Shown one piece after another: positions 24,665-35,044 of a DNA stretch of 63,676 nucleotides (position 1 is its first letter; each line of letters opens with the position of its first letter). This DNA comes from Lama glama (lineage: Eukaryota). The notes under the pieces were generated by a model. It was not told the origin of the DNA, did not search any database, and worked only from the letters and a program-made list of their open reading frames with translations. The position numbers and the translations under genes were made by a program. The DNA is taken from NCBI GenBank assembly GCA_028534125.1, contig CM052817.1, positions 7,008,001-7,071,676 on the forward strand, read 5' to 3'.

Positions 24665-25164
24665 NNNNNNNNNNNNNNNNNNNNNNNNNNNNNNNNNNNN
24701 NNNNNNNNNNNNNNNNNNNNNNNNNNNNNNNNNNNNNNNNNNNNNNNNNNNNNNNNNNNNNNNNNNNNNNNNNNNNNNNNNNNNNNNNNNNNNNNNNNNN
24801 NNNNNNNNNNNNNNNNNNNNNNNNNNNNNNNNNNNNNNNNNNNNNNNNNNNNNNNNNNNNNNNNNNNNNNNNNNNNNNNNNNNNNNNNNNNNNNNNNNNN
24901 NNNNNNNNNNNNNNNNNNNNNNNNNNNNNNNNNNNNNNNNNNNNNNNNNNNNNNNNNNNNNNNNNNNNNNNNNNNNNNNNNNNNNNNNNNNNNNNNNNNN
25001 NNNNNNNNNNNNNNNNNNNNNNNNNNNNNNNNNNNNNNNNNNNNNNNNNNNNNNNNNNNNNNNNNNNNNNNNNNNNNNNNNNNNNNNNNNNNNNNNNNNN
25101 NNNNNNNNNNNNNNNNNNNNNNNNNNNNNNNNNNNNNNNNNNNNNNNNNNNNNNNNNNNNNNNN
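24665..25164. other. Assembly gap, exactly 500 N
   Basis: Directly visible; the round length suggests a scaffolding placeholder. Confidence 0.99.
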
Positions 25165-25819
25165 CTATTATTTTAAAATGTTATTACATCTTTATTTCCC
25201 TAGGATTTAATCCTAAAATGGTGCTCAATTTAAGCTATAATTACTGCAATTGGACGACAAGGATTACACAGTCACTTTACAACAAAGATGCTTACAGGTT
25301 CTCCCTGTGGTAACTGTGACTGCACATTGTAATTCTAAATGGGACTGTTAACTTCGGAGTAATAGACAAGCACAATGAGAACGCACTTTGGAGATTCGTT
25401 TTGATGTTTTGCATTAAGTTCCCCCTAAATAGCAATAGGGCTTCAGCAAATAAATTACTCTTTCAAGTTGCTCTGGGCCCTAATAGACAAGATGCATTTA
25501 GAGGAGAGCTTATGAAAGGCTCTGAGAGACTGAAGGCCTGCTTGTGCTTTCCTGGAGTGCTCTGTCGACAGTGTAGTGACTGGAAACTATAAAAATGCAA
25601 GAGTCATTTGTCTTTTTATGACAGCAGTTTACTCTGCTATCATATTACTTATTAAATCACCAGCTCAATACAGCTCAGGTAACCCCACTCCAGGACGCAT
25701 TACAATTTAGGAAGAATTAATGCTTGCTACATATTTTTTAGCTTAGCTTAGCTACATTTTTTTTCTTATTAGCTACATTTTTTCTTATTATTTTAACCTA
25801 AATGCCTCATTCTATTTTA

Positions 25820-25927
25820 TTTATTTGTTTATTTTTTATTAATTTTTTTAATGGAAGTACTGGGAATTGAATACAAGACCTCATGTATGCAAAACAGATG
25901 CTTTGCCACTGAGCTATATGCCCCTCC
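25820..25927 (-). mobile_element. tRNA-derived SINE, camelid vic-1-like
   Basis: Minus strand reads ggaggggcatatagctcagtggcaaagcatctgttttgcatacatgaggtcttgtattcaattcccagtacttcc plus A-rich tail (A and B boxes); TSD ttc(t/g)atttta at 25810-25819 and 25928-25937. Confidence 0.85.
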
Positions 25928-26123
25928 TTCGATTTTAAACCATCATTTGCTGGTGCTGTTCCTTATCCCTGGAACGTGCGTCCTTTCTGGTCACCTATTA
26001 ATAATCAAGACCTAGCTGGCGCCTTACCTCTCCTCGGAATCCACTTTTGTCACCAACACAGTTACCCGGAGGAAAGGTAATTAGTCTTCCCAATCCTTGG
26101 CCTTCTAGCTATAAACAAGAGAG

Positions 26124-26150
26124 AAAACAAAACAAAACAAAACAAAACAC
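26124..26150. repeat. (AAAAC)n microsatellite
   Basis: Directly visible in the sequence. Confidence 0.9.
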
Positions 26151-27284
26151 ACAGTCTATCTTTTAAGGCTGTGAAGATAAATAATTATGTTCAAAATAAC
26201 AACCACAAAATATGCCTTTGTCCACAGCTGGAGTAAATAAATACATGTGCGTTTCGAGCTCGCCACTTTTTTTCTAAATTTATAGCATTTTCCCACGTGT
26301 CTACTTTATTGCATATTTTTATTGATGCTATAATTATTTGACACAACTTTTTTTCCATGTCCTCAGATTGTGGAAATCGCAAAGTAATAGATCATTATTT
26401 AATTTATTCTTCTCATGATTGTCACCTTATAGGTGAGCTATACGGTAGGTACTGAATTGTTTATGGAGGGAAGCAAGGAAGAAAGGGAGAGAGGAAGGGA
26501 GGGGGAGAGAGGGCAGGTCACATGGGCTCTGGAAGAGGGAGTTTGTCGATCATTAATGCAAGTGCACATAAATTTGCGCTTCTGTCGGAACAGAACCGCA
26601 GCTGGCAAAGGAAACTCCAGACTCATCAATATTTTAAAGGAAGAGATGAATAATTCTGAAGAAACTTTTAAATGACTTCCCAACCTTCCTAAAATTCTAG
26701 GACTTAATCATCCATTTTAAAAGCTCTCTTTTCCTGTCAGAGTTCAGTGCTTTTAAAAAAATAATATTTGCTGGAGAAGAGGAAATAAATATTCAACTGA
26801 TGGGCAGCTGAATTGGAGGAGCTATTCTTATTCAGGGCAGAGGGTGCAAAAAAAAAAAAAAAAGCCCAAGAGGGTAGACCTGGTTTTTAAAATGCAACCT
26901 GTTGTCTGAGTTGCCCCTTCACCCCCAATTTCAACAGCCTTTCCGCACTGATTCCTCCACAGAGGCTTACTGATGAGCACTGAGTCTAGACTGTTCAAAA
27001 TATCGCCTCTGGGTCTCTCCTCCCCGGAGGGCCCTATGGGGTCCCCAGTTAAACTTTCTCTACTCAGAGTGTGAATGTAGAGCTGCCTCTGCCTCCAGTG
27101 GAGGCCAGGTCTGGCTCGCAGAACCAGCTAGCCCTTGATGTCTCTTGCTCTGCTGAATTTTTTCTTTCACTTTGCTTCTATTTGACCCATTACGTCCATC
27201 CTTTCCTCTATAGTCTTTTGTCATTTGGGCACAATCCACGCCTAACTGAGCATCACCGCCACTACTGCTGCACATGCGCACGCT

Positions 27285-27876
27285 TGTTAGAGCAGGCAGA
27301 TAGCTAGATACGAGCAGAGAAAGGGGCATGGGCCAAATGGCAGGAAATCATACATCTTGCAAACAATGGGGTTCCATGAGCAGACAGAGGAACACAGAAA
27401 CCCCCCGACTGATAAGAAATCACACATTTTGGATTGACAAGTGTCCTGGATGCAGCCAAAGAAAAGTGAGAAAAGACAGGAATCTCTGGCATCTGAATGT
27501 AACCTTCTGCTCATTATGTTCTCGCTACAATAAAAAGAGACTTGCAGATAAAAGCCCCATCATGCACTGACACCATGACACTTCTGATCAAGACTAAATA
27601 AAGGGAAAATCCTTCCCCTTGGGAAGGCGGGGCTGGGATGAAAATCAAGGAATATGACCCCAAACCCCTACCTCCCCAATCAATATTCCACCCATTCATT
27701 ATTACACCCCGGTAACCAGCTTGCTAAAGAAACTCAGCACAGCTACTCACCTGAGTCTGCCCGCCCTCCCCTTGAAAGTGTACTATCTCCTAATAACTCC
27801 TTGCTTTGATTTCTTGACCTCTTTCTCATCTCTGAATTCTTTCTGCAATGAGACAAGAACCTACTCTCTAGTAATA
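27285..27876 (+). mobile_element. ERV1-class solo LTR (MER50/MER41-group-like)
   Basis: Starts 'tgttagagcaggcagatagctagatacgagcag' and ends 'ctgaattctttctgcaatgagacaagaacc...agtaata'; no clean TSD found. Confidence 0.7.
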
Positions 27877-28229
27877 CTATCACTCAGCTCTCTCAATATG
27901 GTGTCCTCTGCTGGGCTCATCCCTAAGTCTAGAATTCCAGGCTCACAACCATCACTCTGGATGTCACTTAGCATCAATATTGTGACCTTATAATTTGTCA
28001 TCCAAACTGGGACACCTTCAAGAGTGAAATAAATATTTAATGTTTTTGTCAGGAAAGTGTGCGGAAACAAGTTCATCTGGGAAGAGCCAAATATGTCACT
28101 CTTGCTAAGCCATCCGTATCTGGCATCTATTTCCCACCTAGTCTCTTTTCTGGCCTGCTGGATACCATGTAGTCCACCTTTCAGGCAGTTAAACAATGGG
28201 TCACCTCCACGCATAAGAGCTTCTAACCA

Positions 28230-28690
28230 ATGTGCGCCAAACAAATCCAAGTTAGGCAATCAGAGACTCAAACAGAGGGGATTCAATACAGGGAACTGGA
28301 TACTTGGGTGACAGAATTGCTGAGGGGCACACAGAGGGTGGTGAGACAACCTAGAGATGGGGTAAGAAGTTACCATCTCTCAGGACAGAGGCACAGGAGG
28401 GAAGATAATGTTATCAGAGCTCAGCATTCATGGCTTTGCCTACTGAGTGAGTGCTGAAACTGCAGAGAACAGAGGTACTGGCAGAGATGGTACCTGGGGA
28501 TGAGAGAGGATATTCTTACTTCTTTCCTACTTTTTCCCAGTTCCTGCCTGTGCTTCCACTGGGTTGACCAGAAGGTTTCCAGCTTCCAAAGGAGTCTGTG
28601 AAAAGCCACCTGTTGAGGTCATTTTGGCCATAAAGAGCAGAACAGGGTAGCCAGCCAATCTCAGAACAAGCAGTTGACTCAGACACAATG
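28230..28690 (-). mobile_element. Old ERVL-type LTR (LTR78/79/41-like)
   Basis: 'aacagaggggattcaatacagggaactggatac...tcctgcctgtgcttccactggg...agagcagaacaggg'. Confidence 0.55.
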
Positions 28691-29204
28691 ACGTAATCAA
28701 ATCTAGGTGTGTGCATGCCTCTTCGGGAGACAGGGTCTATCACATATAAATGAACCTTTTCATCGCATTGACCCTCATACTGATCATGCATGAATATAAT
28801 TGGGACTAATGTGTTTGAGTCAATTTGCTTGGAAACATAAAGTCAGGAGACTAGTTGTTCATCACAGTCAATGCATTGCAACTTAAAATATCACAGACTT
28901 CCAAGGCTGCAGGGAACAACAGTGATGAGCTTGCTGAATCACTGAGTGAACACTCCTACCAAGGGAGCATCAATGCGGTATGACTGATTATCTCAGAGAA
29001 GTTCTCTGCAGGAAATATCGATCACAGTGTCTGTCGGGAGGCGTTCATTTTGGATTGTCTCCAACTCTTCAATGAAGACTATCCAGGGAGACCAACTGTC
29101 ACCATCCAAGAGTTGAGAGATTCTCAGGCATCACCAGGGAAATATGTATCTGCCATGATGAGACATTGGCATATTTAAAATATTTGGAAGTTTTGTACAC
29201 AATA

Positions 29205-29432
29205 GCAGCATATGTTAAGTTCATTGACTTTGGAGCCAGAAAGTCCTGGATTTTTTTCAATAGCTAGCGATTTGACCTTGGGAAAGTTTTAGACTCCACT
29301 CTGCTTTAATTTCCTCATTTAAAAAAATCAAAATGTTAATATGATCAACCATATAATATTTATTTACCGAAATAATATTTAGAGAAGGCCCCCACCTAGT
29401 CAGGTTTGTAAATACTAGTTGCTATTGTTATT
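29205..29432 (+). mobile_element. MIR SINE
   Basis: 'gactttggagccagaaagtcctgg...tgaccttgggaaagt...ttaatttcctcattt'. Confidence 0.75.
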
Positions 29433-30214
29433 TTAAAAACATTTTTAGTCATTATTCTATTATTGGAAATAAGCTAACTTTCAAATCTACTGAAAATGCT
29501 GTTCATAACAAATCTGTGAAGGTGGAAAACAGGTTAAATAAAATACATCCAAAACAGCCAGCCAGGCACCTGAATAAGCCATATATATAGAGAGAGAAGG
29601 CAAGGTATTAGTTTCAGAAATGATCACAACATTTAAAACATTATATGGTTTGAATTATAGAAAGAAATAATGTGAAACATGTCAAATATTTATTAAAGGA
29701 AAGGAAAGAAAAAGCAAACATAAGTTTGGTCCCTTATGCCAGCTTCTAGTATCAATCTGTCCATCTTTTAACATCTTTTTCACTTTTGTTAAATTGTAAT
29801 GAAATTTTTGGTACACACTCACCAATAATCTGCTGCTTCAGGCCAATCTCTGTAACTCTGTACTATGGTCCTGAAATACCAGTGGTGTTATCCTTATACT
29901 TGGATAAGAAAGGCTTTCTGTGGACAGGACAGAAGAAAACATACAGGCTCACTTTTCATGACTTCCCTTGTCATCATTTTCCTCAGGTCTTCAAATCTCA
30001 TACTCAGCTGATGAATATCAGTAGTGACCATCACCACTCCATTTCAGGGAGAGCCGTGGAAAATTATTTGAATTTACTTCACAATGTCTCATCCTTCTTA
30101 CTGTGATATACATGTTATGAGATTAGCAAAACTGAAGACACAGGATTCGATGAGATCACATACACCGTGTCGTTTGTGCGGTAGAAGGGGTCAGACCAGT
30201 AAGAAACTACAGAA

Positions 30215-30395
30215 CAGCACCATGAGGCCCGGGTTGATAGTTTGAAATCTTGTACTTTAGTTTCTGTTCTTCCATTTACTATGTGTGCTTTGACAAGTTT
30301 GCCCATATTTTCAGGACTCCATTTTCTGTTTAATCTTCTATAAAAATAGAGATTTAGATGGAAAATCTCCAAAGTCCTTTCAGTACTAAAATTGT
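30215..30395 (+). mobile_element. MIR3-like SINE
   Basis: 'ttctgttcttccatttactatgtgtgctttgacaagtttgc...tctccaaagtcctttcagtactaaaatt'. Confidence 0.65.
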
Positions 30396-30539
30396 TTTAT
30401 ATATAAACCTATATTTATATATAATAAAACGTCTTCAGGAAGTGGAATTAGAGTAAATTTTTTCTTACTTTATACAGTTCTTAAACTTTTAATGACAATA
30501 ATGCATTGTTTGTATAATTTAAAATATACGGCTTTTAAG

Positions 30540-31430
30540 AACTCTCATGCTGATAATGGCACTATGGGTTTTATCGAAATAAATCACCCACACACAGTAA
30601 TTATAAATTCTAGAAAAATAATTTCAAAACTTATTTTAAAGCAGTGTAGAATGCACAAAGGCAGGCAGAAACAAGAGTAAGTCAACTTCTTAAAAGAAGA
30701 GAAGCTCTCTCAGTGGGGTCCATGTTTGTGCAGTTTTGCTTCAAGGGCACCTCCCAGTCCCCAGAATGAAGGGTAGTAAGAAGCCAAGCACAAGTACGCA
30801 GTGTTACTGTCTGTTTTGTTTTTGTTTTTGTTTTTTTTTAAACTTTTTTTTATTGAGTAATAACCATTTTATAACGTGTCAAATTCCACGGTTACTGTCT
30901 TGAGTTAACAGGCTGTAGATAAGAGGGGAGAGAGTGAAAACTGGAGTGGAAGTAAATGAAAGAAACAAAGACGTCGCAGTGGGGTAATCCCAACATTGTG
31001 TGTGGAAAAATCTCCCAAGTCCTTGGCTGAGGACTGAGCTCTGCAGATTTGGGGGCGGAGGGGATTCCGTGCCGTCGGAGCACCGTGACAGACGAAAGCC
31101 AGGGGAAACTGAGAAGGAGATTCCGTTTCTGCCCACTGATGTGGTGGGTAAGAGTTTGAAATTTCATCCCTCCTAGTTAGAGGGGCGTGGAAAACACTGC
31201 GGGCTTCACACTGATTTGCCTTAACAAAGTTTACATTCAGACTTCCATAAGTTCAAGTTCAAGGTGATTCTCATAATTTTACTGCTTTCTATGGCACATG
31301 TTAACACTTCAGAGGAAGGTGACAGAATTAACAGCCTCTAAAATGTATTTCCGCAATTTTCAGTAAGCATTAAAAATCAGTAGACATATGAGGAAGAAGA
31401 TAAATGGGACATGTTGTTAAGGAAGAAGGC
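30540..31430 (+). mobile_element. Old L1ME-class 5' UTR
   Basis: 'aattataaattctagaaaaata', 'ggcaggcagaaac', 'aaaaatctcccaagtccttggctga', 'taaaaatcagtagacatatgaggaag'. Confidence 0.6.
30813..30890 (-). mobile_element. Very short 5'-truncated young L1 3' end with 10-bp TSD
   Basis: Poly-T, then 'ttttattgagtaataaccattttataacgtgtcaaattcca'; TSD gttactgtct at 30803-30812 and 30891-30900. Confidence 0.85.
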
Positions 31431-31469
31431 TGGCCTGTGGTCATACACAGTAGCTTTGATGTATCCAAG

Positions 31470-31737
31470 AAATGGAGAAAGATTAGTGGTTGCCAGAATT
31501 TAAGATTAGGGTTGAATTGGGAGAGAAGGGGCGAGTTGATAAATAAGCAACACAAGGGATTCTTAAGGCGCCTGAACACTTTTGCATCCCGACTGTGTAC
31601 ATCAGTAGAGACAAAGGTACCACGCCAGTGGGGTATGTTGATAATGGGAGAGGCTGTGCATGTACAGAGGCAGGGGATACACAAAAAACCTCTCTACCTT
31701 CAGCTCAATATTAAAAAAATAAAACATATTTTTAAAA
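31470..31737 (+). mobile_element. L1MC-class 3' end
   Basis: 'gattagtggttgccag...ggggtatgttgataatgggagaggctgtgcatgtac...ctctctaccttc'. Confidence 0.8.
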
Positions 31738-31749
31738 GATCAAAGGAAA

Positions 31750-33830
31750 AAATTTCCATAATTAACATCATACTCAATGACAAAAGACTGAACGTTTTTC
31801 CTCTGGTATCAGGAACAAGACAAGGATACCCAATTACAGCACTTTGATTCAACATAGTATTGGAAGTCTTAGCCAGAGCAATTAGGCCTAAAAAAGATAA
31901 AAGACATCTAAATTAGAAAAAAAGATGTAAACTGCTCTCCTTGTGGATGACATGTATTTCTTACGTGTGGAAATACTAAAGATTGTACACACACACACAC
32001 ACTGTCAGAACTAATAATGAACTCAGCCAAGCGGCAGGATGCGAAACCAACATACAAAAGGCCGTTGTGTTTCTATACATTAACAATTAACAATGAACAG
32101 TTGGAAAAGAAAATTAAGCAAACAATTACAACAGCATCAAAAAGAATTAAATATTTTTGAGTAAACTCAACCAAGGAGATGGAAGACTTGTACATTTAAA
32201 ATAATAAAATGTCACTGAAAGGAATTAAAGACATAAAGTAAATGGAACACCATCCAGTGTTGATAGGTTACAAGCCTTAATATTGTTAGATGTCGATACT
32301 ATCCAAAGTCACCTAGAGATTTGATGTAATTCCTATCAAAATCCCAAAGGCATTTTTTTTGCAGAATACAAAACTCCATACTCACACGGAGTTCCCAGAG
32401 CATTCAATGAGGGAAAGAACAGCTTCAACAAAAATGGTGTTGGAAAACCGGATTCCTATATTCAAAAGAATGAAGTTGAACTGTTATCTCACACTGTGTA
32501 CAAATATTACCTCAAAGTAGATCATGGACCTAAGCATAAAAACTGAGACCAGAGGACTCTTAGAAGAAAACATAAGGAAATCTTTATGGTGTTAGATGTG
32601 GCAATGATTTCTTAAATACAGCATTAAAAGCACAGGCAACAAAAGTGAAAATAGATAAATTTGACTACATCAAAGTCAAAATCTTCTGTTCATCAAGGAC
32701 ACAGTCCACAGAATGAAAAGGAAATAAGAAACGTGAGGAAAATGTTTGCGTATAATTTATCTGATAAGAGGTTAGTAACCAAAATATATATAGGACTCTT
32801 GCAACTCAATGACAACAACAAGAAAAAATGAATCATTCAGTTAAAACTAGGGCCAAGGACTTGAATAGACATTTCTCCAAAGAAGATACATGAATGGCTA
32901 ACAAACACATGAAAAAATGTTTCCCATTGCTAGTCATTAGGGAAGTGCAAATAAAAACCACTATGCCATATTATCTCACACTCATCAGGACGGCTACCAC
33001 CAAAAAATGGAAACAAAAAATAACAGATGTTGACAAGAAAGGTCACGATTGGTAGGAATGAAAAATCTTGCAGCTGCCATGGAAAACTATGGTGGTTCCT
33101 CAAAATATTTAAAATAGAACTACCCTATGATTTAGCAAGCCTACTTCTAGACATAAATCCAAAAGAATTGAAAGCAGGGACACAAAGAAATATCTGTACA
33201 TCATGTTCAGAGCAGCGTAATTCGTGGTAGCCAAGAGGTGGAAGCAATCCAAGTGTCTGTTGATAGATGAATAAACAAAATGTGACATACACATACAATA
33301 AAATATTATTCAGCCTTAAAAGCGAAGGAAACTAGGACACATGCTGCAACGCAGGTGAAACTTGAGGACGTTATGCTAAGCAAAACAATAGCGTTTCAGA
33401 TTTGTAAGATGAAATAGTTCTAGAGATGGAGTGAGCAACAATGTGAATATACCTAATAATATCACAGTGTTAAAAATTTTGAAGATGGTAAATATTGTCA
33501 TGTGCATTTCACCATGATTTAAAACATGTGGAAGCAGATAAGACAGTGAAAAGAAAACCACAGACTAGGATAGGATACTAACAGTGTATTTCTTTCCAAG
33601 GACTTCTATGGACTTCCTTTTAATTTTATAGCAAATTGATATAAATAAAAGAAAAAAAGAAAACAATAAAAATGGTCAAATATCTTCAAAATGTATTTAA
33701 CTGAAAATGATACAAGAACACCCTATAAGCACATAAAAAAGTGCTCAACATAATTAGTCCAACAGGAAAATGCAAATTAATTCCCAAATGGGATACTATT
33801 TCACACCTTGCTAGAATGTTGGCAAGATAT
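31750..33830 (+). mobile_element. L1MB-class ORF2 3' half plus 3' UTR (to ~33525), followed by an older L1 fragment
   Basis: Decayed RT-domain translation NIILNDKRLNVFPLVSGTRQGYP; 'aatagacatttctccaaagaagataca'; 'aaatattattcagccttaaaa'. Confidence 0.92.
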
Positions 33831-34329
33831 GGAGCAAATTTTATTTTACTCGCACTGTTTTAAGGCCGACTCAAAAAAGCAGCATGCTGTTCCTAGTTCT
33901 AAATGTGGAAGGTGGAAGTTTAATCTGATGGAAATCTTTCGTCAGATTAAAGCATCAATTTCCTTCTGCTTTCTACCTTCGCCCTGGCAGCGTTCCCAAG
34001 GCTACACAGCTACCATCCTCTCCTCAGTCCCCGCAGCTTTGGTAATTAACTGCTCCTGCACCGTCGTCTGGGTAACCCAGCTGCCCCTCTTTCTATCGGC
34101 TTTTCTCTGCTGTGTTGCCCTGAGGTGCCCTCAGGATGAATGAGGAAGCTTTACTTGGCCATAGTCCCAGAACAGCCAGGTCAAGGTGGAGGAGGAGGGT
34201 CAATTTTTTTTTTAATAGTCTTATAGTCTAGTATGATTTTCCATACTAGAATTAGGAATCCGGTAGGCTTTGTGGATTTGGCCACATCACGGATTTGGGT
34301 GTGTTGCCCTGAATTCTGCTAGGCAGAGG

Positions 34330-34525
34330 CAGGGCATGAGGAATATTTTTCTATGCACCAGACTCTTGGATAGGGACCAGACTTCATTTGGTTTTATCAC
34401 AAGTCTATGTGGTGAGTATTTTTACTGAGTATCAGAGAGATTTAAATTCTTTCACTGAGTTCACCCAGCTGGTAAGGGGCTGAGCTGAGATTTTAGCAGA
34501 GTTCTGTGTGACTTCCCTGCCACTG
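34330..34525 (-). mobile_element. MIR SINE
   Basis: 'cagagagatttaaattctttcactgagttcacccagctggtaaggggctgagctgagattt'. Confidence 0.65.
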
Positions 34526-35044
34526 TGTTTTGTTTTGTTTAAAATCAAAGACTCACTATTTAGCACACTTACCTATTAAGGCAACTGAATAGAAATAAAA
34601 AGAACCCAGAGCCTGGGGATGAGTAGGGTGTGTTAGGAACCCAGGATCCCCAACCAACAGAGTGGAGGAGACAGGATGGAAAGGGTAGGTTGACAAGGAA
34701 CCATGTGGACCTTTGGAAGGAAGCCAGGGATTTCTTCCTGTATCACTCATGTAATTCTTTCACTGAATTGTTACTATGATGATAAAGACTTTAATTATAG
34801 TTAGGTAAATTACCACACACCTAATACTGTGTATATGGACACAAATATTGAATCCTAATCATCATCAAAGTCAGAATAGAAAGATTTGAATCAGACTATG
34901 CCAGCTCACTTGGGGTTTGTGAGAATCTAATTAGACATCAAGTAACTTGTGAATCTTAAAAATCTGTCTTTCTACTCAAAGAAAAAGAACATAGTGATGG
35001 AGAGGATTCGGGGGCATGAGGGAGACTTAATACAGAATGCTACT

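Noticed and set aside
25850..25927. tRNA gene
   Set aside because: A-rich tail, TSD and degenerate stems identify a SINE
31404..31847. 147-aa ORF, the longest in the track
   Set aside because: A chance read-through from an L1MC 3' UTR into decayed L1 ORF2 (SGTRQGYP motif); not a gene
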